The notes beneath the pieces are model-generated. The model was not told the DNA's origin. It saw only the letters and a program-made list of their open reading frames with translations, and searched no databases. Of a stretch of DNA of 57,742 nucleotides, positions 48,182 to 55,487 are shown one piece after another; positions within the stretch are counted from its first letter, which is position 1; the number at the start of each line of letters is the position of its first letter. The DNA comes from an uncultured virus (IMG/VR IMGVR_UViG_3300029286_002633) (lineage: Duplodnaviria > Heunggongvirae > Uroviricota > Caudoviricetes), in IMG/VR virus record IMGVR_UViG_3300029286_002633. One strand, written 5' to 3'. Made by a program: the position numbers and the translations under genes.

Positions 48182-48382
48182 ATGACAAGCAGAATATATG
48201 TCCGAGATGGGGAAGAAAAGGAGTATCTGAAAGGGAAATTCCCAGATATAGACGCAGAATGGTTGCAGGCGCCACCTAAATTCCGAAAAACAATGACGGG
48301 ACCAATCGTTTGCACAAACAGCGACCAGAAACTCGAAGAGTGCCCGCAAGGCGAAGAAGAAATCGAAAAACTCCGTGATTAA
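48182..48382 (+). CDS. Small hypothetical protein
   Basis: GGTGA before ATG. Confidence 0.55.
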   Translation: MTSRIYVRDGEEKEYLKGKFPDIDAEWLQAPPKFRKTMTGPIVCTNSDQKLEECPQGEEEIEKLRD

Positions 48383-49034
48383 AACATTACGGATGAAGAA
48401 GATATTCATACTTTGCCCCCTTATTCTTTTTTCTTTTATTACGATAGGGTCTGCAAATAAAATGGAAGTGCAACCAACATTGGAGTTTGTGCAATGGAAC
48501 CAGGAAGTAAATATCTCAATTAATCTTATTCCAACAGAGCCAGTAAAAGCATATGAACTTCAGATACTTTTTGACCCTTCCTTTCTTCAAGTTAATTCAG
48601 TTGAACAAGGTGATTTTTTCAGAGACTATCAAAGTTTCTATAGCAACGGAGAGATTGACAATTTCAATGGTACAATAATAAAATTATATGCACTTGTACT
48701 TGGTCAAGGAGTTGTAACTGAAGAAGGGACGATTTTAATTCTTCATTGTACTACCAGTGGCATCGGCTTATCACCGATTGTTTTCAATGAGTCAAGAATA
48801 ACTAATGAAACTCAGTATATCTCACTAAATATTATGAATGGTGCTATTCAGGTCTACGGAGAGTTTTATCCATGGGATTGCAACGAAGATGGAACATGCA
48901 ATTATCTTGATATTTCCATACTCGTGACATATTACGGTGAATTGGTCAGTCCACCTGGAAGTGAACCGGCTGATATATTAGAGGATGGTGTTGTTAATTA
49001 TTTAGATATTTCCGCACTTATCAGTCATTATTGA
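48375..49034 (+). CDS. Minimal secreted cohesin + dockerin protein
   Basis: PVKAYELQILFDPSFLQVNSVEQGDFF...IDNFNG (cohesin); DCNEDGTCNYLD / DILEDGVVNYLD; start may be MKKIFIL. Confidence 0.88.
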   Translation: MIKTLRMKKIFILCPLILFSFITIGSANKMEVQPTLEFVQWNQEVNISINLIPTEPVKAYELQILFDPSFLQVNSVEQGDFFRDYQSFYSNGEIDNFNGTIIKLYALVLGQGVVTEEGTILILHCTTSGIGLSPIVFNESRITNETQYISLNIMNGAIQVYGEFYPWDCNEDGTCNYLDISILVTYYGELVSPPGSEPADILEDGVVNYLDISALISHY

Positions 49035-49046
49035 GGGGTTTGTGAT

Positions 49047-49619
49047 ATGAAGACCATAAAGATGTTGTTTTTTTCTTTTCTCTTGCTTCTGCCAATTACA
49101 ACACAGGTTGCGGCATATGGTGAAGATGGTGGATATGCATCGGTATATACTCCTTACCTAAATGCAACAGTGACCGATATTGATGGGGACTTGATGAGGA
49201 TTGAATTCTACTGGGGTAATTATACCGCAGGTGAATACTTCATGCTTGAGAAGTTCGAGAATGTTACGGATGGGACGCAAATGAGCGTTTTTCTCCCTAA
49301 TTATTTTGAGCGTGACATCTATGCTAACGGTGTCACATATACGGTTAAATGGCTTGAGCATAATATGAGATACGAATGGTTTATCTTTGGGTATGATGGG
49401 AAGAACTCTACACTTGTTCAGAACTGGTTTTACACCTGTGCCGCTTGGGATTTGAATATGGATAAACGTATGGATTATCTTGATATGTCCGAAATGGTCA
49501 TCCATTATCATGACTATAGTTCGATGCCAGGCGCAATTCCATGGGACATCAACGAAGACACCTTTGTCAACTATAACGACCTTTCTCTCATCGTCTCCCA
49601 CTATGGAGAAACATATTGA
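49047..49619 (+). CDS. Secreted Ig-like + dockerin protein
   Basis: SVY..YLNATVTD.DGD.M..FYWGN domain shared with 13767/16789/20904; DLNMDKRMDYLD / DINEDTFVNYND. Confidence 0.85.
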   Translation: MKTIKMLFFSFLLLLPITTQVAAYGEDGGYASVYTPYLNATVTDIDGDLMRIEFYWGNYTAGEYFMLEKFENVTDGTQMSVFLPNYFERDIYANGVTYTVKWLEHNMRYEWFIFGYDGKNSTLVQNWFYTCAAWDLNMDKRMDYLDMSEMVIHYHDYSSMPGAIPWDINEDTFVNYNDLSLIVSHYGETY

Positions 49620-50086
49620 TGGATGAAACGAAATATCATTATCATGGAAAATATCGAAAACTTTTTTGGATAGCCTGCAAATGTTGTGGACGGGAGATGG
49701 AATATAAAGGACGTGGGTGTCCGAAAATATACTGTGAGACTTGTCTCCCACAAATCACGGCGTTGAGGCAAGTATTAAACCAGATGAAGCATGAGACGGA
49801 CAACGCGAAGATATGCAAACAATGGTATGACAACAACAAGGAGATAATAGTCGCTGTCACTTGTATTTTGTGTGAGGAAATAATACTTGGGAGGGCGGGG
49901 AAAAAATTATGCAACGACTGTATGAAAAAATGGACGCGAACAGTTCCACGTTGGGTTGTTGAATCATTACGTCTGCGGTCATCCTTTCATCATTTGAAGA
50001 AAGAACTGCGCATCTGGAAACACATCATGGAATTACGGGCGGAAGGCATCACAAAACTCACCAGAAGACGCCTATATATACTCTGA
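49616..50086 (+). CDS. Double Zn-finger protein
   Basis: CKCC...CETC and CILC...CNDC. Confidence 0.7.
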   Translation: MMDETKYHYHGKYRKLFWIACKCCGREMEYKGRGCPKIYCETCLPQITALRQVLNQMKHETDNAKICKQWYDNNKEIIVAVTCILCEEIILGRAGKKLCNDCMKKWTRTVPRWVVESLRLRSSFHHLKKELRIWKHIMELRAEGITKLTRRRLYIL

Positions 50087-50087
50087 T

Positions 50088-50115
50088 GTATACGTAATAG
50101 ACACAACCTTATTAA
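50088..50115 (+). promoter_or_regulatory. GTATAC-N15-TTATTAA promoter
   Basis: gtatac gtaatagacacaacc ttattaa; TATA 32 nt before ATG 50141. Confidence 0.7.
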
Positions 50116-50140
50116 CTTATGGAACGCTTTTGTTTTAACA

Positions 50141-50407
50141 ATGCCACTTGTTCATGAATGGGTGCTGGCGAATAAGATACCAGGCTCAAAGATGAAGAAT
50201 ATTCAAATTGTCTGTGAACAAAAAGAAGCATCAGATTTTTCATATCTGGAATGCCAAATCTTCGATTCAGACCGGCTGAAAATCGGTGAGTTCGCAATTA
50301 GACATTACACGTTTGATGCAGAATGGAACCGCCCTATAAGTTACGCAGGGATAGAACCCTATGAAACCCATTTAGAATGGGCAGATTTGGATGAAGATGA
50401 GGGCTGA
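50141..50407 (+). CDS. Hypothetical protein
   Basis: Leaderless ORF. Confidence 0.65.
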   Translation: MPLVHEWVLANKIPGSKMKNIQIVCEQKEASDFSYLECQIFDSDRLKIGEFAIRHYTFDAEWNRPISYAGIEPYETHLEWADLDEDEG

Positions 50408-50411
50408 GTAG

Positions 50412-50603
50412 ATGAAAGAAACATCAGTTGATAAAGTAAAAAGAGTATTCAAAGAGATAAGCAAAAAACCAATCTTTGTTTGCTCATCACAAACAATCAA
50501 GATGGACGGTCATACGTACAAAGATGTCCCTCATTGTGATTATGTTCAAATCAGTTTTGAGGATTACAACAAATTGCATGATGCAATCACGGTTTTAAAA
50601 TGA
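50412..50603 (+). CDS. Hypothetical protein
   Basis: ATGA overlap with the next gene. Confidence 0.6.
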   Translation: MKETSVDKVKRVFKEISKKPIFVCSSQTIKMDGHTYKDVPHCDYVQISFEDYNKLHDAITVLK

Positions 50604-51016
50604 AATGGAAAGTCGATGAGGAAAAAACAGCGGGTCCCGCAATAGAATGGCTGGATGGTGTATGTCAAGATATCGCAAAAGATGTTGAATCCTGTTGCAA
50701 AGACCATGTTTTAATATGCACCGGTGGTCCTTATCGAAACGCAGACGTATCAATAAAATACGATGAGGATAAACGAAAGTTCATTGTTGATTTCTATTCT
50801 GTTATCCGTCTTGATTCCCGTGAACACGCAGCCGTCAACTATGCGAAGGGTTTACTGAAAGAAGCATGCCTCACCCGTAGTCGTCTTGAACGTGAACATC
50901 CAGATGATTGGAAGGGCAAATTCACGGAATGGAAACAGGGCATGTGGAAACTCTCCGGTGAAGAGCAAATGGATGAACTGATGAGGATAATTGGTAATAA
51001 AAAGGGACGAAAATGA
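50600..51016 (+). CDS. Hypothetical protein
   Basis: Coupled ORF. Confidence 0.65.
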   Translation: MKWKVDEEKTAGPAIEWLDGVCQDIAKDVESCCKDHVLICTGGPYRNADVSIKYDEDKRKFIVDFYSVIRLDSREHAAVNYAKGLLKEACLTRSRLEREHPDDWKGKFTEWKQGMWKLSGEEQMDELMRIIGNKKGRK

Positions 51017-51624
51017 CATCAATTCATTTTGGAGCCGGACCCATAGAATATATCAAAGCACTCCGCATGCTTCATGAAAAAAACCCTGAAGGGGGGGCAT
51101 ATTACGATTTCATCCTGAATAACGCAGTAGAAAAGAAGAAACAACCATTCACAGAGGACGAAAAGGAAGAACTTTCACATATATTCTCGTCACGTTATCC
51201 TGCAAAAGAGTGTTATAGCAATGCACAGCAACTTGCTGTTTGCAATGATGAACTTGATTATGTTGAAGGATGGGTGGATTCTGGTCTGCCAATACAAATT
51301 GAACATGCTTGGAATGAGTATAAAGGAAAAATCATTGATGTCACGTTAGTCCAGAGAAACGAAAAGGAACTTAAAAAAGTACTTCCACCGGAGTTCAGAC
51401 GTCACGCAAAAACGCTTGAAGACCAGGATAGAGAAACAAAACGACTGGAAAATGCCACGTATTATGGTGTGAAACTACCAAGGGATTATCTGATTAAAAC
51501 CCTTTTCAAGAAAAAGATACACACAAGTTTCCTTGGCGAGTTCTTTTATCACTGTATCCATCCGGTGCAGAAAGGGTTGAAACCACCTAAAGAATGTGGT
51601 AATTTAAAAGAATTTAAACTCTAG
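51013..51624 (+). CDS. Transglutaminase/papain-like Cys-His-Asp protein (phage-type)
   Basis: KECYSNA...YVEG...EHAWN...IIDVT. Confidence 0.65.
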   Translation: MTSIHFGAGPIEYIKALRMLHEKNPEGGAYYDFILNNAVEKKKQPFTEDEKEELSHIFSSRYPAKECYSNAQQLAVCNDELDYVEGWVDSGLPIQIEHAWNEYKGKIIDVTLVQRNEKELKKVLPPEFRRHAKTLEDQDRETKRLENATYYGVKLPRDYLIKTLFKKKIHTSFLGEFFYHCIHPVQKGLKPPKECGNLKEFKL

Positions 51625-51627
51625 TTT

Positions 51628-51655
51628 GTATACACAGTGGTAGCAACCTTATTAA
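51628..51655 (+). promoter_or_regulatory. GTATAC-N15-TTATTAA promoter of the subtilase gene
   Basis: gtatac acagtggtagcaacc ttattaa. Confidence 0.7.
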
Positions 51656-51692
51656 CATTTCACTCTAATTACTGTTATAAAGGAAAATACAT

Positions 51693-54600
51693 ATGCAACT
51701 CAAAAGAATCAGTGTAATCCTCATAGTTTTCTTGCTAACAGTTACAATGTTACCATTTACACTGACAGTTGAAGCAGCATGGATTGATAGGACATCTTCT
51801 ACTATTAGCGATGGAGATACAGATGTCCCGATGTCAACTTGGTTCTCGATTAATGGCAATATTGATGCTGGCGCTGTTTATTGGACATGCAACCTCTATG
51901 ACAATGGAATGAATTACATGACGGGTCTTGGACCAGAATACCCTGGTTACTCTCCATTTCAGATTTATCTTCCAGGGGTGCCATATGTCACAACGCTTGA
52001 GGACTATGGCTGTGCAGAGTATACATGGTATTACATCATTGTTTACGTTGAAGACATTTCAAGTTCCGATACCTATTCTATACATTTCCAGACTGGTGCT
52101 GGTGGCGGTGGAGGTGGACCAGCAGTGACCACCGATGCGGCAACAGACATTACACCATATAGTGCTATTTTAAACGGTGAACTCGGCTATGTAGATGGCA
52201 CGTGGTGGTATTGTTATTTCCAATATGGTTACACAACGAGTTATGAATTAGGATATCTATGGGCGGGATATCTCTCCGAAGGGGATTCTTTTTATGCAAA
52301 CACATCAGACAATGGTAATTTGATACCAGATACGGAATATCATTTTCGGGCAGGTTACACAGATTCTGGAAGCATTTATGAGCATGGTGATGATTTATCG
52401 TTCAACACAGGACCATATCCGCCCGATGAAGCACCTATTGTCACAACATTAGTAGGGACTACAGATATCACTCATTCAAAAGCGACGATACACGGATTCC
52501 TCGACTATGATGGTAATCTCTCCGGTAATACACCATGCACCGTTAGATTTCAATATGGCGAAGATACAAGTTATGGAACAAACACATCAAATCAAACAAT
52601 ATATGACACAAGTCCTAATTTCGAGGCTATTCTCACAGGTCTTTCTCCTGATACAACCTATCATTTCCGTGCATATAGCAACAATACTGCTGGTGAATCA
52701 ATAGGAACTGAGGGAGATTTTCATACTCTTTCAAACCCTGATTTAGATGCACCACTTGTCGATACTTCTGCGGTAACATCTATTGGGACAACAACAGCGA
52801 CATTATGGGGTATATTAAAAGACGGTTGTGGTGTAGATACCACACTACGCTTTAACTATGGAGAAACAACTGGTTATGGAAGCAATAGCACCAATGATTC
52901 AGCAAACCTTGGGACTCAATATGTATATGCTGGTGGTTACTTCGAGGTAGACGGACCAACGCCAAGACTCTACGAGTATTATGTTAGAAACATGAGCAGA
53001 ACCAGCAACCCCGGTGGATTATATCTTTATCCAAATGATGTCAATAGCATGATTATTAATGCTGTTGAATACGATGGCAGTTACGTCTTCATGGGGGGAT
53101 ACACCCATTCATATCCTCCAAATCCTCAAGTATGGAACGACCATGTTCAAAAATTTATACCTGGACAAGACATTTATCCAACACTCTGGTTTTATGATGC
53201 ACAATCAAATATCCCATATGGGACGCAATATCAAGCACGAATCCGGGATATCGTCTCTGATGGTTCTTCTGTTTATGTGGTAGGCATGGATGATTGGATG
53301 GAGTCTTCAGCACGTGCTCGTGTCTTCAAATATTCAGCCTCAACTTTAACAAAATTATCAGAATCAGTGATGGAGTATTGCGATTATTTATATTCTGTTG
53401 ATACTGATGGCACATATGTCTACGCTGGAGGCGATGCTTCTTCATGGACATTCCCTGGACCCATTACATATTACGGAGACCACATATACAAATATTGGGC
53501 ATCGAATCTTACTCGTATCACACAATCAGAAAGATTCGGAAACGATGTCACGGGGTTAGTCCATGATGACACATATATTTATGCGAGTCATTCAAAACTC
53601 GCTATTGACGACACATACCTCTATGCTATCGAATCTGTCAAGATTTATCAGAAATCAGATTTAGCGTATCAATCTACATTAACTGTTGCTGGTGGTAACA
53701 CCGTTAAACAATATTGGTTGAGTAATCTTACATTGAAAGCAACATCAAGTGCATATAGTGATACGATTAGCGACATCGCAGATGACCGAAGATATGTCTA
53801 TGTTGTAGGAGATGAAACTGTCTCTCAATATTGGAAATCAAATATGTCCAAACGATTTGATTCAGAGACTTATTCTGAAGATGGTCAGGTTATTGCAATC
53901 GGGGTGAACGCAGGCGATAATTACACGTATTCACTTCCAATAACTGGTCTACTGCCGGATACAACCTATCATTTCCGTGCATATGCAGAAAACGAGTTCG
54001 GAGGTGGATTTGGCATAGATATGCAATTCACGACGTTACCTGAATCTGTTTCCTATCATCCACCCATATTTGGGACACCAATCCCTGCAAACAGTTCAAC
54101 AGGTAACAGTCTTTCAGTGAACTGGCAGATACCAATTACTGATACTGGTGGTACTTTTGATTGGACCATCCAATGTAGTAATGGTCAACATAATCAGGAA
54201 AACGGTGCAACAACCGGTGTAAAATCATTAGTGCTCTCTGGTCTGCTACATGATACTACTTATCGTGTTTACGTTAATGCAACGGATGGAATAAACACAA
54301 CAAGAGCATGGTTTACTTTTAAAACAGTGAGACAAGGCGAACAACCAGCACCACCAATTATCACCCCAGTAGACAATGAGACGCGATACACTATTCCTGT
54401 CCCTGAATTACCAAAATATACTGCACCTGCTTTTACTGTCCCTGAGATGTATCGACTTCTCCATGCGACTAATCTCTCGAACAGCGATGCAGAAATCACT
54501 GTTATGGTCATTGATTCAGGTGTCATCCCAATCACCTATAATAATATCCAATTGAATAAGATTTCAACGATAAAAGGCATGTCGGTTAGCAATCAGTTTG

Positions 54601-55487
54601 ATGAGAATGGTCATGGGACATGGGTGAACTATGCTGTTGCTTATATGCTTCAGACTAAAGTCCGAAATGCAAGACAGATATCGTATAGGGTTTTCGGTGC
54701 TGATGGAAGTTGCACAACCGGTGATTTTGTAACTGCATTGAACACAGCGAAACAGATGCATGTGGATATTGTTTCAATCAGCGCTGGTGTTCTTGGTGCA
54801 AAAGATGATGCGTTTGTCAAAGCGGTTGAAGACCTTAGAAACAGCGGTATCATCGTCATTGTAGCGGCTGGTAACTTCGGACCATCCCCAGGTTCTATCG
54901 CTTCTCCAGGCATCTCTGATAGTGTTATCGCTGTCGCTGCCTCAGACCCGATACTGATTAGAGACGAATCACTTCGGTTTAAAGGAATATTAGATTTGAA
55001 AGATGACATCATCTGCCCTTGGAGTAGCAGAGGACCGGTTGTCGGAACTATGAAGCCTGATGTGACAGCCCCTGGTGAAAGCATCATGGGTCCATGGCTT
55101 TATGATGAGAGAACACTCAGTGGAACAAGTATGGCAACGCCTCTTATCAGTGGCGGTATCGCTCTCGTCTATGCGAACAACAAACTTGAAATCGACATCG
55201 TGAGAACCCTCTATTTCTGGGACAAATCCATCATTCCACAGACGTTTGAAGAGTCTATTGAAGCAAGTTGTCTTGCAAAAGGTGATATAAATTCCTGGGG
55301 TGCTGGTATCGTCCAATTTGATACCGCGAACAGCAACCTACATTCAAGTCTCATCTTGAAGATTATCATATGGTTCGCTTTCTTCTTTTTCTTTGTTCTG
55401 ATTATTTATTATGCGTATCATAGAAACAGAAAATCAACTAAAAAATCATATGGATATAAGGTGCCAAAATGGACAAAAAAATTGTAG
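51693..55487 (+). CDS. Membrane-anchored subtilase (peptidase S8) with FN3-like repeats and an inserted beta-propeller
   Basis: VIDSG (Asp), DENGHGT (His), AAGN (oxyanion Asn), KPDVTAPG, SGTSMATP (Ser); signal peptide; C-terminal TM. Confidence 0.92.
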   Translation: MQLKRISVILIVFLLTVTMLPFTLTVEAAWIDRTSSTISDGDTDVPMSTWFSINGNIDAGAVYWTCNLYDNGMNYMTGLGPEYPGYSPFQIYLPGVPYVTTLEDYGCAEYTWYYIIVYVEDISSSDTYSIHFQTGAGGGGGGPAVTTDAATDITPYSAILNGELGYVDGTWWYCYFQYGYTTSYELGYLWAGYLSEGDSFYANTSDNGNLIPDTEYHFRAGYTDSGSIYEHGDDLSFNTGPYPPDEAPIVTTLVGTTDITHSKATIHGFLDYDGNLSGNTPCTVRFQYGEDTSYGTNTSNQTIYDTSPNFEAILTGLSPDTTYHFRAYSNNTAGESIGTEGDFHTLSNPDLDAPLVDTSAVTSIGTTTATLWGILKDGCGVDTTLRFNYGETTGYGSNSTNDSANLGTQYVYAGGYFEVDGPTPRLYEYYVRNMSRTSNPGGLYLYPNDVNSMIINAVEYDGSYVFMGGYTHSYPPNPQVWNDHVQKFIPGQDIYPTLWFYDAQSNIPYGTQYQARIRDIVSDGSSVYVVGMDDWMESSARARVFKYSASTLTKLSESVMEYCDYLYSVDTDGTYVYAGGDASSWTFPGPITYYGDHIYKYWASNLTRITQSERFGNDVTGLVHDDTYIYASHSKLAIDDTYLYAIESVKIYQKSDLAYQSTLTVAGGNTVKQYWLSNLTLKATSSAYSDTISDIADDRRYVYVVGDETVSQYWKSNMSKRFDSETYSEDGQVIAIGVNAGDNYTYSLPITGLLPDTTYHFRAYAENEFGGGFGIDMQFTTLPESVSYHPPIFGTPIPANSSTGNSLSVNWQIPITDTGGTFDWTIQCSNGQHNQENGATTGVKSLVLSGLLHDTTYRVYVNATDGINTTRAWFTFKTVRQGEQPAPPIITPVDNETRYTIPVPELPKYTAPAFTVPEMYRLLHATNLSNSDAEITVMVIDSGVIPITYNNIQLNKISTIKGMSVSNQFDENGHGTWVNYAVAYMLQTKVRNARQISYRVFGADGSCTTGDFVTALNTAKQMHVDIVSISAGVLGAKDDAFVKAVEDLRNSGIIVIVAAGNFGPSPGSIASPGISDSVIAVAASDPILIRDESLRFKGILDLKDDIICPWSSRGPVVGTMKPDVTAPGESIMGPWLYDERTLSGTSMATPLISGGIALVYANNKLEIDIVRTLYFWDKSIIPQTFEESIEASCLAKGDINSWGAGIVQFDTANSNLHSSLILKIIIWFAFFFFFVLIIYYAYHRNRKSTKKSYGYKVPKWTKKL

